Assembly (NCBI GenBank): GCA_965217895.1
Contig: CBDCJV010000002.1
Location: forward strand, 4,000,001-4,064,000
DNA: 64,000 bases
Reading direction: 5' to 3'
From: Waterburya sp.
Lineage (GTDB): Bacteria > Cyanobacteriota > Cyanobacteriia > Cyanobacteriales > Xenococcaceae
A model generated the notes under the pieces. That model saw nothing but the letters and a program-made list of their open reading frames with translations, ran no database searches and was not told the DNA's origin. Both the position numbers and the translations under genes were made by a program. This document shows, piece after piece, positions 10,854-20,507 of the stretch (within the stretch, counting starts at the first letter, position 1; each line of letters begins with the position of its first letter).

Positions 10854-11676
10854 ATACTAAAAAATGTTGTTCTGGCAAAAACTCTTTGGTTGTTTGCCAT
10901 TTTAACCCTACTGCTTTTAGTTCTTTTTTGACCTGCTTTTGAGTCATCTTATGAAGAGGCTTGATCATAATCATCGGGTTTTCTTTACGGTATTCGAGTA
11001 ACACGACTCTGCCTCCTGGTTTCAGTGCCTGATATATCCCTTCCATCATTTCTCTGGGATAGGCAAATTCATGATAAGCATCTACCATAAAAGCTAAATC
11101 AATGCTGGCTGGGGGTAAATTAGGATTGTCTTCTTTTCCTAAAATAGTCTCTACGTTAGCAATATTATTTTCTTGCTTGAGAAAGTTAACTGCATCTAAC
11201 ATTTCTGGCTGAATATCCACCGCATAAACCTTGCCCTCTGGCACTTTTTCAGCAATGCGAAAGCTAAAGTAGCCAGTCCCCGCGCCAATGTCTGCCACTA
11301 CATCATCAGGTTTTAACTCCAGCTTTTCTACGGTAGTATTTGGTTGTTCTTCTGTTTCTCTGCTTTCTCTTTCTAGCCACATCATCGCTTGATGTCCCAT
11401 TACCTGAGCAATTTCACGACCCATATAATATTTACCAATACCATCAGGGTTATGAATTGCTTTCTCTCGGTAGTAAGTTGGGGAATTATCTTGAGCTAAA
11501 GCAATAGGAGTGTAAATAAAGTTAGTTAGTAGAAGAGCGATCGCTATAAGCGCAATTGTCATTTTGTAGGCAAAAACTGCGCTACTGTAAAGTTTACTGA
11601 GATAAGCTTTTTTAATAATCACGATCTGAATTTTCAACAGTAAATACCTTAGTCTTTTAGTAGTCATACTAGCCAT
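10837..11676 (-). CDS. Class I SAM-dependent methyltransferase with signal peptide-like N-terminus (start may be 11562)
   Basis: GKYYMGREIAQVMGH, VADIGAGTGYF, AVDIQPEM, VDAYHEF, LKPGG. Confidence 0.88.
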   Translation of the reverse strand: MASMTTKRLRYLLLKIQIVIIKKAYLSKLYSSAVFAYKMTIALIAIALLLTNFIYTPIALAQDNSPTYYREKAIHNPDGIGKYYMGREIAQVMGHQAMMWLERESRETEEQPNTTVEKLELKPDDVVADIGAGTGYFSFRIAEKVPEGKVYAVDIQPEMLDAVNFLKQENNIANVETILGKEDNPNLPPASIDLAFMVDAYHEFAYPREMMEGIYQALKPGGRVVLLEYRKENPMIMIKPLHKMTQKQVKKELKAVGLKWQTTKEFLPEQHFLVFNKPA

Positions 11677-12153
11677 AAACAGTTTGTAAATAATTCATTT
11701 CAAAAACTCAACTCCCGAACAATGGAAAATCTAGCTAACTGAAAAATAAATTTTTCTTACTTCAAGAAGTTTAAAAAGCGATGACCCCGCACACTTCATC
11801 GCTCAAAAGCATCCTTTCCCTTAAATGATGGCACTTTCTAATATTTAACATCAAACATCAGTTAAATAACTGTGTTATATTACTTAAGAAAAATATTTAC
11901 CATTAGATGATATTACTTTGAAAATTTATTAGTGATTTGCTAATCAACTCAAATCATTAGAATCAAAAGAATACATTTAATGTCTACTGTTATATTTTGA
12001 TATAGACAAGGCGACTTACTGTTAAGTTAACTGTATTGAGATAGGATCGAGCAGGCTTTGCTAAAAAATACTGCTGATGTCTATTTGGATCGGCAAACTG
12101 CAACGTAGACACCTCGCTACCTTACAACTATCACTTTAATTTACAACTAATCT

Positions 12154-13557
12154 ATGAATACACAAGTTATTACCAAGGAAAAGACGAACAAACAAGACTA
12201 TAAAGTAGCGGACATTACTCTGGCAGAATGGGGACGTAAAGAAATATCTATTGCTGAAGGTGAAATGCCAGCTTTAATGACAATTCGCGCTAAATATAGC
12301 CAAAGTAAGCCTTTACAGGGTGCGAAAATCATTGGCTGTATTCATATGACAATTCAAACAGCGGTTTTGATTGAAACCCTGATCGAATTGGGCGCAGAAG
12401 TTCGTTGGTCTTCTTGTAATATCTTTTCTACCCAAGACCATGCTGCAGCAGCGATCGCTGCTGCGGGCATTCCTGTATACGCCTGGAAAGGCGAGACAGA
12501 AGAAGAATATATCTGGTGTATTGAACAAACTTGCCACAGCGCAGAAGGCGATCTTTGGGATGCCAACATGATTTTAGATGACGGAGGGGATCTTACTGGT
12601 CACATTCACCAAAAGTATCCTCAGATGTTGAACAGCATTCATGGTGTTACTGAAGAAACCACCACAGGAGTTCATCGTCTTTGGGAAATGCTGGAAAATG
12701 GCGAATTGAAGATTCCTGCAATCAACGTCAATGATGCAGTAACAAAAACTAAAAACGATAACAAATATGGTTGTCGTCATAGCTTAAATGATGCCATCAA
12801 ACGCGGTCTAGATCACTTAATGGCTGGTAAAAAAGCTTTGGTCATTGGCTATGGTGATGTTGGTAAAGGTTCTGTTGCTTCTTTACAACAAGAAGGCATG
12901 ATTGTTAAAGTTGCCGAAGTAGATCCGATTTGCGCTATGCAAGCCTGTATGGATGGCTATGAATTAGTATCTCCTTTTATTGATGGCAAAAACGATGGCA
13001 CGATCGACAGCATCAACAAAGAGTTACTAGGTTCTCTAGACATGGTTGTTACCGCAACTGGTAACTATAATGTTTGTAATGCTCATATGTTGTCCTGCTT
13101 AAAACCAGGCGCAGTAGTTTGTAACATTGGTCACTTCGACAACGAAATCGATACTGCTTTTATGCGTAAAGAATGGCGTTGGGAAGAAGTTAAACCCCAA
13201 GTTCACCAAGTTTATCGCAGTAACGATCCTCAAGACTTCTTGCTTCTATTGTCTGAGGGACGTTTAGTTAACCTAGGTAATGCTACAGGACATCCTTCGA
13301 GAATTATGGATGGTTCTTTTGCGAACCAGGTATTAGCGCAAATGTTCTTATACGAACGCAAGTTTGCCGATAAATCGACCGCCGAACAAGCAAATGCGAT
13401 TACAGTAGAAGTTCTACCTAAGCATTTAGACGAGGAAGTAGCCCGTTACATGGTTGCAGGGTTTGACGGTGTGATTACTCAATTAACTGAAGAACAAGCT
13501 AAGTACATTAAAGTACCTGTAAATGGCCCATTTAAAACAGACAGCTACAAATACTAA
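12154..13557 (+). CDS. ahcY: Adenosylhomocysteinase (SAH hydrolase)
   Basis: [73 protein letters not shown]. Confidence 0.98.
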   Translation: MNTQVITKEKTNKQDYKVADITLAEWGRKEISIAEGEMPALMTIRAKYSQSKPLQGAKIIGCIHMTIQTAVLIETLIELGAEVRWSSCNIFSTQDHAAAAIAAAGIPVYAWKGETEEEYIWCIEQTCHSAEGDLWDANMILDDGGDLTGHIHQKYPQMLNSIHGVTEETTTGVHRLWEMLENGELKIPAINVNDAVTKTKNDNKYGCRHSLNDAIKRGLDHLMAGKKALVIGYGDVGKGSVASLQQEGMIVKVAEVDPICAMQACMDGYELVSPFIDGKNDGTIDSINKELLGSLDMVVTATGNYNVCNAHMLSCLKPGAVVCNIGHFDNEIDTAFMRKEWRWEEVKPQVHQVYRSNDPQDFLLLLSEGRLVNLGNATGHPSRIMDGSFANQVLAQMFLYERKFADKSTAEQANAITVEVLPKHLDEEVARYMVAGFDGVITQLTEEQAKYIKVPVNGPFKTDSYKY

Positions 13558-13577
13558 AGGTACTGATTGGTAATTTT

Positions 13578-13609
13578 AAAAAAAGGTGGGTTAGACTCAC
13601 CTTTTTTTT
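13578..13609 (+). terminator. Intrinsic terminator after ahcY
   Basis: A7-GGTGGG-TTAGA-CTCACC-T8 hairpin (one G-U pair). Confidence 0.85.
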
Positions 13610-13659
13610 GTTCTTTTCGATTAGTATTTGAAGTTAGTTTTGATTTAATCTAAAAATTC

Positions 13660-14241
13660 ATGCTTAGAAAAGCCTATCAATGGGTTATTGGTTGGAGTGA
13701 AACGCCCTATGGAAGTTGGGCGTTATTTTTATTGGCTTTTGCCGAATCTTCTTGTTTTCCCATTCCTCCAGATGTATTGCTAATAGCCTTGGCTGTGGGG
13801 CAGCCTGTGGCAGCTTTTCAGTTTTCTTTGATTTGTAGTCTTGGTTCAATTTTAGGCGGTTTGGTTGGCTATGGTATTGGTTTTTTTGCCTTTGAAGCTG
13901 TTGGGCAACCAATCTTAAATCTTTACGATCCAGACTTGGCAGTCTTCAATAAAATTCAAGGACTGTATAATACTTGGGGTTTTTGGGGAGTATTGGCAGC
14001 AGCGATAACGCCAATTCCTTATAAAGTATTTACTATTGCTTCTGAGGTATTTAAATTTAATTTCTGGCAATTTATTTTAGCTTCAATTATCGGGCGTAGC
14101 TTTCGCTTTTTTCTGGTAGGTGGCTTGATTTTTTGGGGTGGAGAACCTTTGAAAGATTGGATTGAAAAATACTTCGATTGGGTAGCTTGGGGATTTTTAG
14201 CGGTGCTAGCCCTGGGGTTTGTCTTACTTAAGTTTTTATAG
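13660..14241 (+). CDS. YqaA family (DedA/VTT domain) membrane protein
   Basis: AFAESSCFPIPPDVLL, TPIPYKVFTIA, GRSFRFF. Confidence 0.9.
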   Translation: MLRKAYQWVIGWSETPYGSWALFLLAFAESSCFPIPPDVLLIALAVGQPVAAFQFSLICSLGSILGGLVGYGIGFFAFEAVGQPILNLYDPDLAVFNKIQGLYNTWGFWGVLAAAITPIPYKVFTIASEVFKFNFWQFILASIIGRSFRFFLVGGLIFWGGEPLKDWIEKYFDWVAWGFLAVLALGFVLLKFL

Positions 14242-14303
14242 TTACTACTAGTTTGATAATAGTATTATCTAAGCAATCGTATTTATCTAAAGTGTGGGAG
14301 TCA

Positions 14304-14927
14304 ATGGCTAAACTTTCTGTAGAATTAAATCGCTACTTTTTTGAAGAAGCAAGGGATGAAAAGGTAACTTTATCTGATATTTTAACTTTGGCAGGAGAAA
14401 GAATATTTGGGTTTTTGTTTGTAGTTTTGGCTTTACCTTCGGCTCTGCCAATTCCTGCCCCTGGATACTCGATTCCTTTCGGCATTGCGATGTTTTTCTT
14501 AGCTGTACAGTTAATTATCGGACGCGATCGCCCTTGGCTACCTGCAAAAATCTTAAATGGCTCAATGTCTCTCAAGAGCGTTCAAGGATTTGTCAAAAAA
14601 GGAATTCCTTGGCTACAAAAAATTGAAGCTATAACTAAGCCTCGTTTTAGTTCTCTTTGTACTAGTTTGCCTGGTAGAGTAATTCTAGGTATAGCGATCG
14701 CCCTAATGTCTATTTCGATGATGATTCCTATTCCTGGGACAAATACCTTACCAGCGATGGGTATTTTTGTAACTGGTTTTGGCTTAGTAGAAGACGATGG
14801 TGCGATCGGCTTATTAGGTTTAATTATCTGTGCTGTAGCAGGGGCTATTTCTACTTCAATCATCATTGCTGTTATCTGGGGTGGCTCTAGTCTAATTGAC
14901 GTTATTAAAGAGCAATTGAGCAGATAA
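14304..14927 (+). CDS. exoD: Exopolysaccharide biosynthesis protein ExoD family
   Basis: Likely start is ATG 14304 (MAKLSVEL) after GGGAG. Motifs LALPSALPIPAPG, PWLP, PIPGTNTLPA, EDDG. Confidence 0.85.
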   Translation: MAKLSVELNRYFFEEARDEKVTLSDILTLAGERIFGFLFVVLALPSALPIPAPGYSIPFGIAMFFLAVQLIIGRDRPWLPAKILNGSMSLKSVQGFVKKGIPWLQKIEAITKPRFSSLCTSLPGRVILGIAIALMSISMMIPIPGTNTLPAMGIFVTGFGLVEDDGAIGLLGLIICAVAGAISTSIIIAVIWGGSSLIDVIKEQLSR

Positions 14928-14991
14928 ACGGCTGCGCCGTAGTTATGAGTTTGGGATTATTAGTTGTTATAAACTAAAGACTAACGACAAC

Positions 14992-15024
14992 AAAAAAAGC
15001 ACCGTCTAAAATAAAGACAGTGCT
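14992..15024 (-). terminator. Intrinsic terminator, minus strand
   Basis: Minus strand reads AGCACTGTCT-TTATTTT-AGACGGTGCT followed by T6. Confidence 0.75.
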
Positions 15025-15444
15025 GTAAAAATTATCGATCATGCCGAGCATGATTATCGTGAAGGAAAAGAATTCATTGAAGCAAAATATTTCATCTCTC
15101 TTTTTCTTTTCCCGATTGAATTGTGATAGCTTCAAAATACAAGCAGAGCTAGAACCTTGCTTAACACTCGCTGTTAACAGCTAGGTCATAGATTGTTACC
15201 AATGCCAGTATGAGAGAAAGGGACAATATTTCCATATAAAGCCAAACTTTTCTCTACGTTCAAATTGCTTATCAAATCACAGCTTTCAACAGCCATACGA
15301 TTGATTAGCTAATATTATACTAAGCTGTTTTAGGAAACCTTGTCAAATGTATTAATGCTGAAATGTTTAATTTGGATGGGTTACGGCGAAGACAGCATTA
15401 GATTTTTGGTCAATAAACAGTATCTGAAATCTTTTTTTAAAAGC

Positions 15445-16287
15445 TTAAGGCTTGGAGCTACGAACAGTACTATTATCGGTTTCATAGTTGAAATCAGCAA
15501 CGTCTAAATTTGCTTTTTTGGTAATTGCAGAAACTTCTGGTTCACCTATGGCTTCAGGCACATCAAATAATACCGAAGTCATATAATTTTCTGCCCATTC
15601 CTCGCCAAAAGCTTTTTCTAGAACACGACGAGTTTTATCGTTTTGCTGTTGCTTAGTGCAGTAATACTTTTGTCCAGCTAAATATAGTTCTTGTTGGGGA
15701 GAAGATACAGAATTAGACTTTACCGACTGTTTGCAGTGTATACGCAGATAGCTAGAGGCTAAATCCAAAAACTCTTGTTCTTCTTCAGCATTGTGTGGGC
15801 GAACAAACAGACAAAAATCGGAGAAAATATCAGCCCAAGGAGGTAATTCTCTTGCTTCGGTAAATTCAAATTTTGGTAGTGCCAAAAGAGACTTAGTATA
15901 GCCAACAGATAAAGTTTTTTCGGGGCTAGTGGGAGACAAATCGGCGATCGCGGCACTAATTCCTCCTCTACCTGCCACAATATCACAGCCAAAAATCGGT
16001 AGAGGATATTCAGGACGAGGGAACATTACACAATGGAGAATATCTAGATTTTTGCCAACCTTGGCTAATTCCAGGTGCATTTTGCGAAATTGAGGCGTTT
16101 GATAACAGCGATTTTCAATCCGTAGTCTTTCTCCTTCTAATTTACCTTCTACGTATCCTAATCCTTCAGGCAAAGCATAAACTGATAAATCTAAATACTT
16201 TTGCCAAGAATTTATAATTCGTTCAGCAAGTCGATGGATTAAAGGATGTTGTTCTTGACGCAGTGAAGGTTGAGAAGTTTCTAACAT
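15445..16287 (-). CDS. pcyA: Phycocyanobilin:ferredoxin oxidoreductase
   Basis: Likely start is ATG 16287 ([17 protein letters not shown]). Motifs [41 protein letters not shown]. Confidence 0.96.
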   Translation of the reverse strand: MLETSQPSLRQEQHPLIHRLAERIINSWQKYLDLSVYALPEGLGYVEGKLEGERLRIENRCYQTPQFRKMHLELAKVGKNLDILHCVMFPRPEYPLPIFGCDIVAGRGGISAAIADLSPTSPEKTLSVGYTKSLLALPKFEFTEARELPPWADIFSDFCLFVRPHNAEEEQEFLDLASSYLRIHCKQSVKSNSVSSPQQELYLAGQKYYCTKQQQNDKTRRVLEKAFGEEWAENYMTSVLFDVPEAIGEPEVSAITKKANLDVADFNYETDNSTVRSSKP

Positions 16288-16426
16288 TACGATTATAAAA
16301 AAGCTCGATCTAGGCAAATAAATATTAGCAGCCACAGATGTCTATAAAATTAACGATATACTGAGACTGACTTGATAGATATATTTAGCTATTAATCGTA
16401 ATAGATTTTAGTGCAGGAGATTAATT

Positions 16427-16600
16427 ATGTTTGGTTTAGGTGTACCTGAAGTAGCTGTAATTGGTCTAGTAGCGATTCTAATTTTTGGTCCCAAGAAAAT
16501 TCCTGAAATCGGCAGCGCACTAGGGAAAACAATTCGCGGTTTTAAAGAGGAAATGGACAATCCTCAATTAGAAGAGGGTGAAGAAAAAGAACAAGAATAA
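16427..16600 (+). CDS. tatA: Twin-arginine translocase TatA/TatE subunit (57 aa)
   Basis: Below the ORF track cutoff. Translates as MFGLGVPEVAVIGLVAILIFGPKKIPEIGSALGKTIRGFKEE..., with an AGGAG ribosome-binding site. Confidence 0.95.
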   Translation: MFGLGVPEVAVIGLVAILIFGPKKIPEIGSALGKTIRGFKEEMDNPQLEEGEEKEQE

Positions 16601-16667
16601 AACTTTAGCTAAGAAATACTTTCAGAGGATTTTGATTTTTAAAAATATAACGTTGGGGATTCTTGAT

Positions 16668-17723
16668 TTAAATTAGGCTAGTAAACCAAGCCTCAAAGCG
16701 ATCGCCTAATGCTTTTAAGGAATATTCTGCTTCTGCCTGTTTACGGCACAGTTGGCGGTCAATCTGTCCGATTTTATTGATTGCTGTTACTAGTCCCGTA
16801 ACCCTATCTGGCTCGACTAAAAAGCCTGTTTGACCGTGTTTAACTATTTCCCCAGGCCCTCCACGACGATAGGCGACAACTGGGACTCCGCAGGCAAGAG
16901 CTTCAATGGCAACATTGCCAAAGGCTTCAATCCAGCGTGGTGTCATTAGTAAAGCCAGACATTTGCCCAATTCTTGCTGTAGTTTCTCTGTAGCTAAAAA
17001 CCCTTGATACTCTATGGGCGCATTCGGAAATTTAGTTAAAATTTCTTGCCAGTATTCCTGGTTTTCTATTCTGCCAAATATTTTTAAAGGAATGCCCGTA
17101 ATATTTACTGCTTCTACTGCATCTTCTAAGGCTTTTTCGGGGGCAATACGTCCCAACCAGGCTAAACTAGCTTGGGGATTAGGATTAAACTGATACAAAG
17201 ATAAATCAACGGCACTGCCAAGGATCTTACATTCCTGCGCAAAAGGAAAAGTATCCGCCTGAGATTGAGTGTATACGCCAAAAGTACCAGGATACTGCTT
17301 AATTATCTGCTGCATAATGCGATCGCTTGCCTTCGTCATTGACCCCATACTTATAAAATGAGCAATAGGAGTCTCAAAAAAGGGGGTCAAATAAAAGGGT
17401 AGCCAATCAAAAGCAAAATTTACTAGCAAATCATACTGATGCTGCACTTGACGGGCATATGACCACATATTCGCCAATACCGAATTATCTGGCAAACAAA
17501 CTGGATCATCTCGGCTTTGAGTTTGTACGGGAATCTGTAGATTTCCTTTGATAGTGGTAACAGGAATATCAGTTAACCAAGAACCACCAGGAGCAATGAC
17601 TTCTAACTTATGTCCTCGACGACGCAATTCTTGAGCCAAGTTTTGCACAGTTAATTCTACTCCTCCTCCTTGTCCTGAACCTAACGAACCAACCGAAGTA
17701 GATAAAAATAAAATTTTAAGCAT
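16668..17723 (-). CDS. Glycosyltransferase family 4
   Basis: GGGVE, WLGRIAPEK, EAFGNVAIEALACGVPV, HGQTGFLV. Confidence 0.92.
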   Translation of the reverse strand: MLKILFLSTSVGSLGSGQGGGVELTVQNLAQELRRRGHKLEVIAPGGSWLTDIPVTTIKGNLQIPVQTQSRDDPVCLPDNSVLANMWSYARQVQHQYDLLVNFAFDWLPFYLTPFFETPIAHFISMGSMTKASDRIMQQIIKQYPGTFGVYTQSQADTFPFAQECKILGSAVDLSLYQFNPNPQASLAWLGRIAPEKALEDAVEAVNITGIPLKIFGRIENQEYWQEILTKFPNAPIEYQGFLATEKLQQELGKCLALLMTPRWIEAFGNVAIEALACGVPVVAYRRGGPGEIVKHGQTGFLVEPDRVTGLVTAINKIGQIDRQLCRKQAEAEYSLKALGDRFEAWFTSLI

Positions 17724-17804
17724 TGCATTATATTTAAGATTGTTTATACAAAACGAGATTGCATATTATTTAATATGAAATACTCAAAAGCCTACCACTA
17801 ACTA

Positions 17805-19010
17805 CTAACTATGGTTTGATGTGCCGTTACTAGAAGCAATACCATGATTGTTATTTTCATTATTGATGTAGTTTTGAGTAGTTGTAGAAGACACTGAATT
17901 AATTCTTTTTAAAGCCCACTTAGCTGTTTGGCGTACTTCGAGATCCGAGTCATTTAGCATATTTGTTAGGCGTTTATTTACTCCTAATGTAGATTCATGT
18001 AAAGCAACTAAATCACGAATAGCATCTTTTCTCACTTCCGAATTTTTATCTTCTAAAGAAGTAAACAAAACATCATTAACTGGTGCAAAACTACGATGAG
18101 CAATCTGAGTAATCGCGTTTAAAATCAAGCTTTTGCCCAAAGAACTTGCTTCTGACATAATTTCTACTAAAGGTTCTATTGCTCTAGAATCACCTTTTTG
18201 AGCTAATTCCCAGATTGCCTTGCGTCTTAAAGTGCGATCGCTTTGTTGCAAATCTTTAATTAGTTCAAACACTATGTCAATTTCAGTAGTATTGGCAGCA
18301 ACAATCTTTACCATCCCAGGAGTATCAGAATCTAACTCTACCGAGTCTTTGTTTTTAGCTAATTCTTGGCTAGGCTGGATAGTATCTCGATTAAAAGCAA
18401 TTTTCTGGTTTTCACTTACTTTTAATGGTTTTTCTAACGCTTTACCATTGGGTGATTCTTGAGCAAGATTGATTTTAGTCGAGGATAGTAGTGTGATTGC
18501 AGCCAATTCCGAATCATCCACTACATCGTGACTATTTTCGATCTTATTTGAGCGATCCAAGCCATCTTGCTTATTCAAAGAAGTTACTTTGGCAAGAGTA
18601 TTTTTCGGTTCTGGTTTAAATAAAAACCACAGTAGTATTAAGAAAACTGTTGAAGTGACTCCTATTCCCACCACGGCTAAACGCCGATCAATTTTTGCTG
18701 AAGGGTTTTGAACGGCTTGAACAACCGTAAGTGTAGGCTTTGTGCTTGAAAGATATGGTGCTTTTTGCTTATTTGATATCAGATCGGCTTGACCATATTT
18801 AGTTATCCATTCCTCGTCTTGCAGATGAACAACTCGCGCCTTTAAAGTCTCATCTTGAGCGTGAATCTGATTAGCACTAGAAAAAACTATTCCCCCCTCA
18901 GTAACAAAATTAAGCTTGAGATCTTTTGATTCTGTCGAGCCACCAGGGCTAGCAACTAAACTCGATAAGACAATCCAAGCAAAGACAAAAATAGAACGTT
19001 CATAAATCAT
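17805..19010 (-). CDS. Membrane-anchored HEAT-repeat protein
   Basis: One internal TM segment, then C-terminal HEAT-like repeats (LRRKAIWELAQKGDSRAIEPL, EVRKDAIRDL, EVRQTAKWAL). Confidence 0.75.
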   Translation of the reverse strand: MIYERSIFVFAWIVLSSLVASPGGSTESKDLKLNFVTEGGIVFSSANQIHAQDETLKARVVHLQDEEWITKYGQADLISNKQKAPYLSSTKPTLTVVQAVQNPSAKIDRRLAVVGIGVTSTVFLILLWFLFKPEPKNTLAKVTSLNKQDGLDRSNKIENSHDVVDDSELAAITLLSSTKINLAQESPNGKALEKPLKVSENQKIAFNRDTIQPSQELAKNKDSVELDSDTPGMVKIVAANTTEIDIVFELIKDLQQSDRTLRRKAIWELAQKGDSRAIEPLVEIMSEASSLGKSLILNAITQIAHRSFAPVNDVLFTSLEDKNSEVRKDAIRDLVALHESTLGVNKRLTNMLNDSDLEVRQTAKWALKRINSVSSTTTQNYINNENNNHGIASSNGTSNHS

Positions 19011-19284
19011 AAAAATTGGTTAGTAACATAGTTACTCAGGAGATCTCAGCGTCTGAAAAATACAGCCTGTAATGATACCAAAAAGTTAGTTAAATTAATA
19101 TAGTGATGAAAAATAATATATCAAATCGTAAACGATATCTAACTTGCTACTTATTACTTAAGCGAAGCGGTACTAGCCTAGCATTAATATAATTCTAACT
19201 TGTACAGTATGAGATAGGGAATGATTCACATCATGTTGGAATAACCAACAAGCATACATAGGAAATATCTAAATACAAATACTA

Positions 19285-20178
19285 ATGACAGATAAATTAA
19301 TTCGAGCGATCGCAGCAGATGGAGGAATCAAAGCCGTTGGCGTTATCACCACAGACCTAACTGAAGAAGCACGACGCAGACATAAGCTTTCTTATGTTGC
19401 CACAGCAGCTTTAGGTCGCTCAATGGCTTCTGGATTATTGTTAGCTTCTAATATGAAAAAAGAAGGCTCTAGGGTTAACATCCATCTCAAAGGAGATGGT
19501 CCTCTAGGAACTATTTTGGCTGATGCGGGAGTAGACGGCACGGTTAGAGGCTATGTTCAAAATCCTCAAGTTGAACTTCCTCCTAACGACCGAGGTAAGT
19601 TAGATGTGGGTAGAGCAGTTGGTCACAACGGTTATTTGCACGTGGTTCGAGATGTAGGCTATGGACAACCGTATTCTAGTACAGTCGAGCTAGTGTCAGG
19701 AGAAGTTGGAGAAGATGTGGCAAATTACTTAGTAACTTCAGAACAAACTCCCTCCGCTCTATTAGTAGGGGTTTTTGTGGGTGCAGGAGGAGTTAGCGCA
19801 GCGGGAGGAGTACTATTACAAATTATGCCTAAAGCTGTCCGCGATCAATCGTTAGTTAGACTACTAGAGTCTCGCGTATCTCAACTATCAGGTTTTACGC
19901 CTTTGCTGTTAGCAGGAAAAAGCTTGAGAACAATCTTGGAAGAACTATTGGGAGATTTAGATCTCTTTATCTTCCCTGAATCTCAAGACGTAAGTTTTCA
20001 TTGTGGCTGTTCCTTTGAACGAGTTCTAGGCGCGCTCAAAATGCTGGGTTCAGCTGAGCTGCAAGATATGATTGAAAAAGACGAGGGAGCAGAAGCAATC
20101 TGCCAATTCTGCGGTGAAGTTTATCAGGCAAATGAAAATCAACTCAGTCAGTTGATTGCTGATTTGAAAACCGAATAA
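19285..20178 (+). CDS. hslO: Hsp33 redox-regulated chaperone
   Basis: ALGR, GDGPLG, SEQTPS, CGCS...CQFC zinc motif. Confidence 0.96.
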   Translation: MTDKLIRAIAADGGIKAVGVITTDLTEEARRRHKLSYVATAALGRSMASGLLLASNMKKEGSRVNIHLKGDGPLGTILADAGVDGTVRGYVQNPQVELPPNDRGKLDVGRAVGHNGYLHVVRDVGYGQPYSSTVELVSGEVGEDVANYLVTSEQTPSALLVGVFVGAGGVSAAGGVLLQIMPKAVRDQSLVRLLESRVSQLSGFTPLLLAGKSLRTILEELLGDLDLFIFPESQDVSFHCGCSFERVLGALKMLGSAELQDMIEKDEGAEAICQFCGEVYQANENQLSQLIADLKTE

Positions 20179-20229
20179 AAAGTATTGCCGATTTAGATCG
20201 TGCTTTTAGATTAGATAAGAAAAGTAACT

Positions 20230-20265
20230 ATCAGGGTTTCTTAACGAAAGAAGCCCTGATATTTT
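20230..20265 (+). terminator. Probable terminator hairpin after hslO
   Basis: ATCAGGGTTTCTT...AAGAAGCCCTGAT followed by ATTTT. Confidence 0.6.
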
Positions 20266-20507
20266 GAGCAAAGTCTTTATTTGACAAGACTTGATAAGAT
20301 AAATATTGTCCAAATTTCAAAATTAAATCAAGTCTTTATTAAACAGACACAGATGTAGTATTTACGCAATAAAATCAGGTGATAAGATGGGATACGATTC
20401 AATCAAGGGTGTTCCGTGGAGACAAGTCTTTTAAACAAGGTAATAATCTTCGATCGCCTGATTGGATAAATCAAACAGATTATTATTGGCATCACAACGG
20501 GTAGTTT

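Noticed and set aside
12008..12070. Fragments resembling SAM-II/SAM-V riboswitches (TTAACTGTATTG ... GCTAAAAA)
   Set aside because: I could not form the required pseudoknot pairings by eye, so it is kept only as an unassigned structured-leader candidate.
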